Assembly: GCF_000017305.1 (NCBI RefSeq)
Contig: NC_009664.2
Coordinates: forward strand, 3,000,001 to 3,032,000
Direction of reading: 5' to 3'
Source: Kineococcus radiotolerans SRS30216 = ATCC BAA-149
GTDB lineage: Bacteria; Actinomycetota; Actinomycetes; Actinomycetales; Kineococcaceae
DNA: 32,000 nt
Positions 7,506 to 19,007 of this stretch are shown here, in pieces; positions within the stretch are counted from its first letter, which is position 1; each line of letters opens with the position of its first letter. The notes under the pieces were generated by a model that was not told the origin of the DNA, searched no databases, and saw nothing but the letters and a program-made list of their open reading frames with translations. Both the position numbers and the translations under genes were made by a program.

Positions 7506-9403
7506 CCTGGCACCCTGTCCCGGTGCCCGCGAACGCGCCCGACACCCCGGAGGACAAGGTCGTCGCGGTGGTCGTCGCCTACGACCGCCGGGACCTCCTG
7601 CTCGCCGGTCTCGACGCGCTCGCCGCCCAGACCCGCCGCCCCGACCTCGTCGTCGTCGTCGACAACGCCTCCTCCGACGGCTCCCCGCAGGCCGTGCGGC
7701 GGTGGGCGGAGGGGCACGACCTGCCCCTCGACCTCGTCGTCCTGCCCCGCAACACCGGCGGCGCGGGCGGGTTCACCGCCGGCCTGGCCCGCGCGGTGCA
7801 CCGCCACGGCGCCGGCGCGGTCTGGCTCATGGACGACGACACCGTGCCCCGCCCCGACGCGCTCGCGGCCTCGCTGACGGCGATGCGCCGCACCGGTTCC
7901 GCCCTCGTCGCCAGCCGGGTCGTGTGGACCGACGGGCGCGACCACCCGATGAACACCCCCCGCGAGCGCCCCGGGGTCACCGCCGCCGAGCGCGCCGCGG
8001 CCGCGGCGGCGGGCTGCCTGCCCGTGCGCTCGGCGAGCTTCGTGGCGCTGCTGCTGGACGCCCGCGCCGTGCGCGAGGACGGGCTGCCCGAGGCCGCGTT
8101 CTTCCTCTGGAACGACGACTTCGAGTACACGACCCGCCTGCTGCGCCACCGCCGCGGGGTCTCCTGCCCGGACAGCGTCGTCGAGCACCGCACGAGGGTC
8201 TTCGGCGGCGCCGACGCCGACCCGGGGGAGCGCTTCGCGCTGGAGGTCCGCAACAAGCTGTGGACCTTCACCCGCTCCCGCCCCCTCGGCGCGCGCGACA
8301 CCGTCCTCTACGGCGGGGCGACGCTGCGCCGCTGGGTCCGGACGGTGGCCCGCTCCCGCCGCCGCGACGTGCTGGTGCGGGGGCTCGCGACCGGTCTGCG
8401 CCAGGGCGCGGAGCGGCCCGAGCCGACCGCCGCCGTCCTGCGCGACCTGCCCGAGGTCGCCGCCGACGTCCGCGCGGTGGAGTCCGCGGCCGGGCGCGAC
8501 CTCGGCGCCGCCGCGCGGGTGGAGCCCACCGCCCCCCGCGAGGGGCTGCCGGCGTTCTCGGTGCTGCTGCCGGTGTGGGCCCGCGACGACGCCGCGCAGC
8601 TGCGGCGCGCCGTCGCCAGCGTCACCACCGAGCAGGAGCTGCGCCCCGACGAGGTCGTCGTCGTCCGCGACGGTCCCGTGCCGCCGGCCCTGCAGGAGGT
8701 CCTCGACGAGCTCTCGCGCGGGCCGGGGACCCGGGTGCACCCGCTGCCGCGCAACGTGGGGCTGGCCCGCGCCCTGGAGGCCGGGCTCGCCGTCTGCACC
8801 CACGACGTGGTGGCCCGGATGGACGCCGACGACGTCAGCCTGCCCACCCGCTTCGCGCGCCAGCTGCCCGTCATCGCCGCCGGCGCCGACCTCGTCGGGG
8901 CCGGGCTGCTGGAGATCGGCGCCGACGAGGACGACGTCGTGGGCCGGCGCGTCCCGCCCACCGGGGCCGCCGAGATCGCCCGCTACGCCCGCTTCCACGA
9001 CCCCTTCAACCACCCCACGGTCGTGTACCGCCGCTCCGCGGTCGCCGCGGCGGGCGGGTACCGCGACCTGGAGCTGATGGAGGACTACTGGCTCTTCGCC
9101 CGGATGATCGCCGCCGGCGCCCGCGTGGAGAACCTGCCCGAGCCGCTGGTGAAGTACCGCGTCGGCGCGAGCCCGGACGCGGGGTCCTACGCCCGCCGCG
9201 GGGGCCTGCGGCTGTTCCGCTCCGAGCTCACCCTCCAGCGCCACCTGCGCCGCGAGGGGTTCACCACCCCCGTCCAGGCCGTGCGCAACGTCGTCGTCCG
9301 CGGCGGGTACCGCTTCGTGCCGACCCGGGTCCGCACCGCCGCCTACCGCGCCCTCATCGCCACGACGAACGAGACGACGCACGAGCAAGGAGGTGGACGG
9401 TGA
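7502..9403 (+). CDS. Two-domain GT2 glycosyltransferase: GlfT1-like galactofuranosyltransferase fused to a second GT-A/GT2 module (633 aa)
   Basis: Domain 1: VVAVVVAYDRRDLL..QTRRPDLVVVVDNASSDGS..RNTGGAGGFTAGL..VWLMDDDT, which resembles M. tuberculosis GlfT1 (Rv3782). Domain 2: FSVLLPVWARDD...VVVVRDGP...ARMDADDVS...MEDYWLFARM, a classic GT2 DxD/ED pattern. GTG 7502 overlaps the upstream stop (GTGA). Confidence 0.85.
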   Translation: MTWHPVPVPANAPDTPEDKVVAVVVAYDRRDLLLAGLDALAAQTRRPDLVVVVDNASSDGSPQAVRRWAEGHDLPLDLVVLPRNTGGAGGFTAGLARAVHRHGAGAVWLMDDDTVPRPDALAASLTAMRRTGSALVASRVVWTDGRDHPMNTPRERPGVTAAERAAAAAAGCLPVRSASFVALLLDARAVREDGLPEAAFFLWNDDFEYTTRLLRHRRGVSCPDSVVEHRTRVFGGADADPGERFALEVRNKLWTFTRSRPLGARDTVLYGGATLRRWVRTVARSRRRDVLVRGLATGLRQGAERPEPTAAVLRDLPEVAADVRAVESAAGRDLGAAARVEPTAPREGLPAFSVLLPVWARDDAAQLRRAVASVTTEQELRPDEVVVVRDGPVPPALQEVLDELSRGPGTRVHPLPRNVGLARALEAGLAVCTHDVVARMDADDVSLPTRFARQLPVIAAGADLVGAGLLEIGADEDDVVGRRVPPTGAAEIARYARFHDPFNHPTVVYRRSAVAAAGGYRDLELMEDYWLFARMIAAGARVENLPEPLVKYRVGASPDAGSYARRGGLRLFRSELTLQRHLRREGFTTPVQAVRNVVVRGGYRFVPTRVRTAAYRALIATTNETTHEQGGGR

Positions 9404-10587
9404 CCGCCGTCACCGACACCCAGCCCCCCGCCGACACCGCCGTCGCGAAGCGGCTGCCCGAGGTCCGCTCCATCACCGGCCTGCGGATCGTCGCGGCCGT
9501 CTGGGTCCTGCTCTTCCACTGGAAGTTCACCCCGCTGCCCGACTGGGGCGGGGTGCGCGCCTTCCTCACCCCCGTCACCGACTCCGGGCACCTCGGCGTC
9601 GACCTCTTCTACGTGATCTCCGGCTTCGTGATCACCCTGACCTACCTGGACACGATGGGGCGCCGGCCCCGGCTGCGCGGCTGGCTGGACTTCTGGTGGG
9701 CCCGGGTCTGCCGGGTCTGGCCCGCCTACGCCGTCGTCGTCGTGCTCTTCGGCTGCTGGCTGCTGTGGCGGCGCAGCATCGACCCCGCCTTCTACGCCTA
9801 CCAGGGCGTGCAGCCGGACCTGGGGCCGTGGGCCTGGGTCGAGCAGCTGCTGCTGGTGCAGCTGTGGCACCGCCCCGACTTCGACGGCGCCAGCTTCGTG
9901 GGCGCGACCTGGTCGGTGTCGGCGGAGATGGCCGCCTACGTCGCCTTCCCCGTGCTGGCCCTGGTGCTGTTCCGGCTGCGGCGGCTGCCCTGGTGGCTGC
10001 TGGTCGCCGGGGCGGTGGCGCTGATGGTGCCCGCGGCGCTGCGCAGCTACCAGACCGGGGTCATCTACTGGGACTACAGCTGGCTGGAGCGGATCGGCAC
10101 CTGCTTCGGCGCCGGGGCGCTGGTGTGCCTGGCGGTGCGGCGGTTGCAGGCGGGCGCGGTGTCCTCCGAGCGCGCCGCGCGGTGGGCCCCGACCCTCGCG
10201 TGGGTCCTGGTGCTGGAGTGCGTGCTCGTCGTGGGCTGGGCCGCGGGACGCCCCTACGACCGTTTCGCCGTGGTCGCGGTCCTCTTCCCGCTGCTCGTGG
10301 GGGCGCTCGCCCTGACCGAGCGCGGGCCCTCGGCGTTCCTGTCCCGCCCGGCGGTCGTGCTGGGCGGGCGGATCTCCTACAGCGTCTACCTCGTCCACGT
10401 GCCGGTGTACGAGGTCTTCTGGACCTTCCAGCGGGAGGTCCCGCAGATCGCCCCCGGCGGGCCGTGGACGGGCTTCCTCGTGCCGAACCTGCCGGTCGTG
10501 GCCATCGGTCTCGGGTGGGTCCTGTGGAGGTTCGTCGAGGAGCCCGCCCGCCGCCGCCTGCGCGCGCTGGGACGCGCGCGCCGGTGA
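9400..10587 (+). CDS. Acyltransferase_3 family membrane O-acyltransferase (395 aa)
   Basis: SITGLRIVAAVWVLLFHW...GHLGVDLFYVISGFVIT...R(V)WPAY...ISYSVYLVHVPV are the hallmark motifs of the OafA/WecH-type acyltransferase 3 family. AGGAGG at 9389-9394. GTG 9400 overlaps the upstream stop. Confidence 0.85.
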   Translation: MTAVTDTQPPADTAVAKRLPEVRSITGLRIVAAVWVLLFHWKFTPLPDWGGVRAFLTPVTDSGHLGVDLFYVISGFVITLTYLDTMGRRPRLRGWLDFWWARVCRVWPAYAVVVVLFGCWLLWRRSIDPAFYAYQGVQPDLGPWAWVEQLLLVQLWHRPDFDGASFVGATWSVSAEMAAYVAFPVLALVLFRLRRLPWWLLVAGAVALMVPAALRSYQTGVIYWDYSWLERIGTCFGAGALVCLAVRRLQAGAVSSERAARWAPTLAWVLVLECVLVVGWAAGRPYDRFAVVAVLFPLLVGALALTERGPSAFLSRPAVVLGGRISYSVYLVHVPVYEVFWTFQREVPQIAPGGPWTGFLVPNLPVVAIGLGWVLWRFVEEPARRRLRALGRARR

Positions 10588-10662
10588 GCGCGGGGTGACG
10601 GGGCCGGGGCCGCGGGGCGGCTACGCTGACGCCACCATGCCCGAGCACAGTCACGCCCATGA

Positions 10663-13895
<3,233 letters not shown>

Positions 13896-13897
13896 CG

Positions 13898-14788
13898 GTG
13901 CCGGCGGCCACGACCGCCCCGGCACCGCTGCTCGCCCCGGGCCACGGCTCGGGGCTGCTGGACGTGGTCCGCTACCGCTACCTGCTGAAGCTGCTGGTCC
14001 GCAAGGAGATGCGGGTCCGCTACCGCGGGTCCGTCATGGGCCTGCTGTGGTCCTACGTGAAGCCGGGCGTGCAGTTCGCCGTCTTCTACTTCGCGATGGG
14101 GGAGTTCCTCAAGCTCAACGAGAGCGTCCCCAACTTCGCGGTGTACCTGTTCTCCGGCATCGTGGTCATCAACTTCTACACCGAGGCGTTCGGCAACGCG
14201 ACGCGCTCGGTGGTGGGCAACGCGCCGCTGATCAAGAAGATCTTCCTGCCCCGCGAGCTGTTCACGGTGTCCTCGGCGTGGGTGGCCTCGATCCACTTCC
14301 TGCCGCAGCTGGTGGTGCTGCTCGTGGCGTGCCTCGTCACCGGCTGGCGGCCGCTGCCGCAGCAGCTCGCCGGGGCGCTGCTCGGGTTCGCCATCGTCGC
14401 GGTCCTCGCCGTCGGGCTCGGGCTGCTCTTCGGCGCGATCAACGTGCTCTACCGCGACTTCGAGAACATCGTCGACCTGCTGCTGATGATCGTGACCTGG
14501 ACCTCGCCGGTCCTCTACGACTGGCGGAAGGTCGCCGACGCCGTCGGCGGCCCGGACTCCTGGTTCATGACCCTCTACCAGCTGAACCCGGTGACGGCCG
14601 CCGTCGAGCTGTTCCACTGGGCGTTCTGGTACCCCACCGGCGACGTCCGCACCGCCGAGGTCCCCGTCGTCCTGCCGCCGCACCTGCTGTGGTCGGGCCT
14701 GTGGGGCCTCCTCATCGCCCTCGTGCTCCTCGCGCTCGGACAGCTCGTGTTCCGCCGCATCGAGGGCCGTTTCGCGCAGGAGCTGTGA
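13898..14788 (+). CDS. wzm: ABC-2 type polysaccharide export permease (296 aa)
   Basis: RYLLKLLVRKEMRVRYRGSVMGLLWSYVKP...FSGIVVINFYTEAF...PLIKKIFLPRELF is the Wzm/RfbD ABC-2 signature. GTG lies 2 nt after the glfT2 stop. Confidence 0.9.
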   Translation: MPAATTAPAPLLAPGHGSGLLDVVRYRYLLKLLVRKEMRVRYRGSVMGLLWSYVKPGVQFAVFYFAMGEFLKLNESVPNFAVYLFSGIVVINFYTEAFGNATRSVVGNAPLIKKIFLPRELFTVSSAWVASIHFLPQLVVLLVACLVTGWRPLPQQLAGALLGFAIVAVLAVGLGLLFGAINVLYRDFENIVDLLLMIVTWTSPVLYDWRKVADAVGGPDSWFMTLYQLNPVTAAVELFHWAFWYPTGDVRTAEVPVVLPPHLLWSGLWGLLIALVLLALGQLVFRRIEGRFAQEL

Positions 14789-15582
14789 TGAGCGTGACGA
14801 GTTCCCCCGGCACCCCGGCCTCCGACACCCCCCGCCCGGGCACCCCCGCCGCCGGGGCGCCCACCGCGATCGAGGTCCACGGCCTGGTCAAGGACTTCAC
14901 CCTGCGCCACAACCGCTCCCTCAAGGAGCTGGTCATGGCGAAGATCCGCAAGAAGCCGATCTCGGACAGCTTCCGGGCCCTGCACGGGGTCGACCTGGAG
15001 GTCCGCCAGGGCGAGGCCCTCGCCCTGCTCGGCTTCAACGGCTCGGGCAAGTCGACGCTGCTGAAGCTGATCTCCGGGGTCATGCGCCCCGACGAGGGCA
15101 CGATCGGCGTCCGCGGCCGGATCGCCGGGCTCATCGAGGTCGGGGCCGGGTTCCACCCCGACCTGACCGGGCGCGAGAACGTCTACCTCAACGGCGCCAT
15201 CCTCGGGATGGACGAGGCGACGATCAACGCCCGCTTCGACGACATCGTCGCCTTCAGCGAGATCGAGCGCTTCATCGACACCGAGGTGAAGTTCTACTCC
15301 TCGGGGATGTTCCTGCGGCTGGCCTTCGCCGTCGCGGTGCACACCGACCCCGAGGTCTTCCTCATCGACGAGATCCTCTCCGTCGGCGACGAGCCGTTCC
15401 AGAAGAAGTGCCTGGCCCGCATCGAGGAGCTGCGCGCCGAGGGCCGCACGCTGGTCATCGTCAGCCACGACCTCGACATGGTCGCCGGCCTCTGCACCCG
15501 CGGGATCCTCCTGGAGCAGGGCCGCGTCGTCGCCGACGACACCGCCGAGCGGGTCGTGGCCCGGATGCGCGGTCAGGCGTGA
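14788..15582 (+). CDS. wzt: Polysaccharide ABC exporter ATP-binding protein, short form without a C-terminal carbohydrate-binding domain (264 aa)
   Basis: Walker A GFNGSGKSTLLK, GFHPDLTGRENVYLNG, signature YSSGMFLRLAFAVA, Walker B VFLIDEILSVGD and H-loop VSHD. The ATG shares one nt with the wzm stop (TGATG). Confidence 0.9.
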   Translation: MSVTSSPGTPASDTPRPGTPAAGAPTAIEVHGLVKDFTLRHNRSLKELVMAKIRKKPISDSFRALHGVDLEVRQGEALALLGFNGSGKSTLLKLISGVMRPDEGTIGVRGRIAGLIEVGAGFHPDLTGRENVYLNGAILGMDEATINARFDDIVAFSEIERFIDTEVKFYSSGMFLRLAFAVAVHTDPEVFLIDEILSVGDEPFQKKCLARIEELRAEGRTLVIVSHDLDMVAGLCTRGILLEQGRVVADDTAERVVARMRGQA

Positions 15583-17141
15583 CCGCCACGGCGTCGCGCA
15601 CCCGGCGCCCCCCGGCCCCCGGCCCGGCCGTCCCGCGCTCGCGGGCCCTGCTGCCCGCCCTGGGGGTGGGGGCCCTCGCCGCGGGGACCTTCGTCCTGGT
15701 GCACCGGGCGCTGGTCGACGACGCCTACATCACCCTCGCCTACGCGCGGAACCTCGCCCTGCACGGGACGTGGGGCCTGCTCTCCGACGTGGAGTCCAAC
15801 ACCGCCACCTCCCCGCTGTGGGTGCTGCTGCTGGCCGCCGTGACCGCGGTGGTGCGCCGGCCGGTGGTGGCGCTGGGGGTCCTGCACGTCCTCATGGCCG
15901 TCGGCCTCACCCTGTCGCTGACCTCCGCGGCCCGGCGCACCGGGCTGCCCGCGTGGGTGGGTCCCGCCGCGGCCGTGGCGGTGGGGGTCAACCCGCTGCT
16001 GCTGAGCTCCGTCGGCCTGGAGTCGGGCTTCCTCGTCCTGCTGCTGTCGCTGCTGCTGCTGGCCGCCGTCCGCGGCGCCGCGCTGCCGTACGGGCTGGCC
16101 GCGGGCGCGGTCGTGCTGACCCGGATGGACGCCGCCGTCGTCGTCGCCGTCCTCACCCTGCTCACCCCGGCCGTGCTGCGGCGGCTGCACGTGGCCGTCC
16201 CCGCCGCGCTGCTCGTCGTGGTGCCGTGGATGACCTGGAGCTGGTTCCACCTGGGCTCCGCCGTCCCCGACACCGTCGTCATCAAGACGCTGCAGGAGTC
16301 GTGGGAGCAGTACGACGTCCGCAACGGCATGCAGCTCTACGTCGAGGTCTACGGGCTGACCGCGGTCCTGGCGTTCCTGCCGGTGGTGCTCGGCGGGCTG
16401 GGGTGGTTCGTCCTCGCCGCCCTGGGCTGGACCTCGCGCCGCTCGGCCACCGCCCCGCCCAGCGGGCTGCGGGTGTGGCCGTGGCTGGCGGTGGGGGTCG
16501 CCGGCGTGGCGCACTACCTCGCGCTGAGCGTCCTCGGCGTCCCCCCGTACCACTGGTACTACGCCGTCCTCGTGGCGCTGTCGACGGTGGTGGGGGTCGC
16601 CGCCCTCGGCGCGCTCTTCCCCCGGGTCGAGCTGCGCCCCGTCGGCCTCGGGGCGTCGGCGGCCGCGGTCGTCCTCCTCGTGGCCAGCGCCGGGGTCGAC
16701 CTGCGCGCGGGGCTGCCCTGGTCGATCGCGCCCATCCAGACCAACTGGGCCCACCCCGCGCGCTACACCGAGATCGCCCGCGACGTGCAGGCCGTCCTGG
16801 AGCAGCGCGGCGGCCCCCAGCACGTCACCTCGCCCGGCGAGGTCGGCCACCTCGCCTACGTCTGCGACTGCGTCGTGGACTACTTCGCCGACCCGGCCCG
16901 CGTGCAGCCGATGATCGACCAGGTCGAGGCCGAGTCCTCGCCGCTGGGGCGGCGGCTGCTGGAGTGGAACTTCACCCACCGCGACGCGGACGCCGCGCCG
17001 GTCCCGGTGTCGGGGGAGCTCTTCCGCTACGACCGCGGCACCCAGCCGCCCGCGGCCCGGGGTCTGCCGACGTGGCCGATCACCACGACCTGGGACATGG
17101 TGCCCAGCGACATCGTCCTGCAACCGGTGGGTGGCGCGTGA
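15579..17141 (+). CDS. Polytopic membrane protein, candidate GT-C glycosyltransferase (520 aa)
   Basis: After the first TM helix there is a VDDAYITLAYARN motif, a DD-aromatic-I first-loop motif like those of GT-C/Emb-type enzymes. It is followed by about 11 hydrophobic segments and a C-terminal soluble region of roughly 110 aa. GTG 15579 overlaps the wzt stop. Confidence 0.65.
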   Translation: MTATASRTRRPPAPGPAVPRSRALLPALGVGALAAGTFVLVHRALVDDAYITLAYARNLALHGTWGLLSDVESNTATSPLWVLLLAAVTAVVRRPVVALGVLHVLMAVGLTLSLTSAARRTGLPAWVGPAAAVAVGVNPLLLSSVGLESGFLVLLLSLLLLAAVRGAALPYGLAAGAVVLTRMDAAVVVAVLTLLTPAVLRRLHVAVPAALLVVVPWMTWSWFHLGSAVPDTVVIKTLQESWEQYDVRNGMQLYVEVYGLTAVLAFLPVVLGGLGWFVLAALGWTSRRSATAPPSGLRVWPWLAVGVAGVAHYLALSVLGVPPYHWYYAVLVALSTVVGVAALGALFPRVELRPVGLGASAAAVVLLVASAGVDLRAGLPWSIAPIQTNWAHPARYTEIARDVQAVLEQRGGPQHVTSPGEVGHLAYVCDCVVDYFADPARVQPMIDQVEAESSPLGRRLLEWNFTHRDADAAPVPVSGELFRYDRGTQPPAARGLPTWPITTTWDMVPSDIVLQPVGGA

Positions 17142-17668
17142 GCCTGTTCGAGAAGATCGCCGCGGTGGACCTCCGGGTGCTGCGGGGGGTGCAGGGCGGG
17201 GTCCGGTTCCCCGGGGCGGTGCCCGTCGCGACGGGCCTCTCCCACGCCGGGGAGCACGCCGCGGCGTGGATCGGGACCGGGGTCGCGGGCTTCGTCCTGG
17301 ACCGCCGCCGCCGGCGGGAGTGGGCGGTCGCCACGGGCGCCGTCGTCGCCGCGCACGGCGCCTCCGTCGTCCTCAAGCGCGTCGCGCGCCGGCACCGCCC
17401 GCTGGACCACCACGTGCAGGTGCGGGTGGGCACCCCCAGCCGATGGAGCATGCCCAGCTCGCACGCCACGTCGACGACGGCCGCCGCGATCGCCTTCGCG
17501 CCGCTGCTGCCCGCCCCCGCCCGGCCGCTGGTCGTCGCGCTGCCGGGGGCCATGGCGCTGTCCCGGCTCGTGCTGGGCGTCCACTACCCGACCGACGTCA
17601 CCGCGGGCGCGCTGCTCGGCGCGGCGACGGCCGTCGCGGCGCGCCGCGTCGCGGGGAGGACCTCGTGA
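17138..17668 (+). CDS. PAP2-family phosphatase, Rv3807c-like decaprenylphosphoryl-5-phosphoribose phosphatase (176 aa)
   Basis: The three PAP2 motifs are present: KRVARRHRP, PSSHA and SRLVLGVHYPTDV. Its position immediately upstream of the UbiA-type gene matches M. tuberculosis Rv3807c-Rv3806c. Confidence 0.8.
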   Translation: MSLFEKIAAVDLRVLRGVQGGVRFPGAVPVATGLSHAGEHAAAWIGTGVAGFVLDRRRRREWAVATGAVVAAHGASVVLKRVARRHRPLDHHVQVRVGTPSRWSMPSSHATSTTAAAIAFAPLLPAPARPLVVALPGAMALSRLVLGVHYPTDVTAGALLGAATAVAARRVAGRTS

Positions 17669-18567
17669 GCACCCGGGAGCAGACGGTGTCGACCCCCTCC
17701 ACCCGGTCGCCCGCCTGGCTGCGCGCCATGCGCCCGCGGCAGTGGGTGAAGAACGTCCTCGTCCTCGCGCCGGTGTTCCCCGCCGGCCAGCAGGTGGGCC
17801 TCGACACCCTCACCGGGGTCGGGGTCGCCTTCGTGCTGTTCTGCGTGCTGTCGAGCTCGATCTACCTGATCAACGACGCCAAGGACGTCGAGGCCGACCG
17901 CGCGCACCCGCGCAAGCGGTTCCGGCCCATCGCGGCGGGGGAGCTGCCGGTCCGCACCGCCGTCGTCCTCGCCGTGGTCCTGGCCGCGGTCGCGCTGGGC
18001 GCGGGCACGCTCTGGCAGCCGATGCTGGGGGTGGTGCTCGGGGTCTACTTCGTCATCCAGCTCGCCTACTGCTTCGGCCTCAAGCACGAACCCGTCCTCG
18101 AGCTGGCCTGCGTCGCCTCCGGGTTCCTGCTGCGCATGCTCGCCGGCGGCACCGCCGGCGACATCCCCCTCTCGGGCTGGTTCCTGCTGACCACGGCGTT
18201 CGGCTCGCTGTTCATGGCCGCCGGCAAGCGCTACGGGGAGGCCCGCCGCGGGGAGCTCACCGGGGAGCCCGTGCGCCGGGTGGTGCAGCGGTACACCCCG
18301 ACCTACCTGCGCTTCGTGTGGACCCTCGCCGCGACGGTCGTCGTCACCACGTACGCGTTGTGGGCGATCGAGGTCCTCGTCGCCCAGACCGGCACGAGCC
18401 TGGCGACCCTGACCATCGTCCCCTTCGTCCTCGCCGTGCTGCGCTACGCGGTGGACGTGGACAGCGGGAACGCCGAGGAGCCCGAGGAGATTGCCCTGCA
18501 CGACCGGGTGCTGCTCGGCCTGGCGGGCCTGTGGTGCGCCTCCCTGCTGCTGGCGGTGTGGCTGTGA
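17665..18567 (+). CDS. ubiA: UbiA-family decaprenyl-phosphate 5-phosphoribosyltransferase (DPPR synthase), Rv3806c-like (300 aa)
   Basis: LRAMRPRQWVKNVLVLA, YLINDAKDVEADRAHPRKRFRPIAAG, LAYCFGLKHEPVLE, FGSLFMAAGKRYGE, YLRFVWTL and LRYAVDVDSGNAEEPEEIALHDRVL closely parallel Rv3806c. Confidence 0.88.
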   Translation: MSTREQTVSTPSTRSPAWLRAMRPRQWVKNVLVLAPVFPAGQQVGLDTLTGVGVAFVLFCVLSSSIYLINDAKDVEADRAHPRKRFRPIAAGELPVRTAVVLAVVLAAVALGAGTLWQPMLGVVLGVYFVIQLAYCFGLKHEPVLELACVASGFLLRMLAGGTAGDIPLSGWFLLTTAFGSLFMAAGKRYGEARRGELTGEPVRRVVQRYTPTYLRFVWTLAATVVVTTYALWAIEVLVAQTGTSLATLTIVPFVLAVLRYAVDVDSGNAEEPEEIALHDRVLLGLAGLWCASLLLAVWL

Positions 18568-19007
18568 GCGCCCCGGTGCGGACCCTGCTGGCCTCCGAGC
18601 GCGCGGGGGAGGTCGTGCGGTTCCTCGTCTCCGGCGGGATCGCCTACCTCGCCGACCTGGTGGTCTTCAACGTCCTGCTCCTCGCCGGGGTCGGCTCGGT
18701 CTGGTCCAAGGTCGTCTCCAGCGTCATCGCGATCTTCATCGCGTTCCTGGGCAGCCGGTACTACACCTGGCGCGACCGCCGCAGCGAGCACCCGGGCCGC
18801 GAGTACGCCATGTTCTTCCTGTTCTCCGCGATCGCCGCCGGGCTGCAGCTGCTGTGCCTGGCGATCACGCACTACGGGTTCGGCTGGACCTCGGCCCTGG
18901 CCGACAACCTCTCCGGCAACGTCGTCGGGATGGCCATCGCCATGGTGTTCCGCTTCCTGACCTTCCGGACGTTCGTCTTCCCGGACCGCTCCGCGACCAG
19001 TGCGTGA
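18564..19007 (+). CDS. gtrA: GtrA-family small membrane protein, Rv3789-like (147 aa)
   Basis: VVRFLVSGGIAYLADLVVFNVL...FLGSRYYTWRD...VFRFLTFRTFVF has four TM segments and the typical GtrA pattern. GTG overlaps the ubiA stop. Confidence 0.85.
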   Translation: MSAPVRTLLASERAGEVVRFLVSGGIAYLADLVVFNVLLLAGVGSVWSKVVSSVIAIFIAFLGSRYYTWRDRRSEHPGREYAMFFLFSAIAAGLQLLCLAITHYGFGWTSALADNLSGNVVGMAIAMVFRFLTFRTFVFPDRSATSA

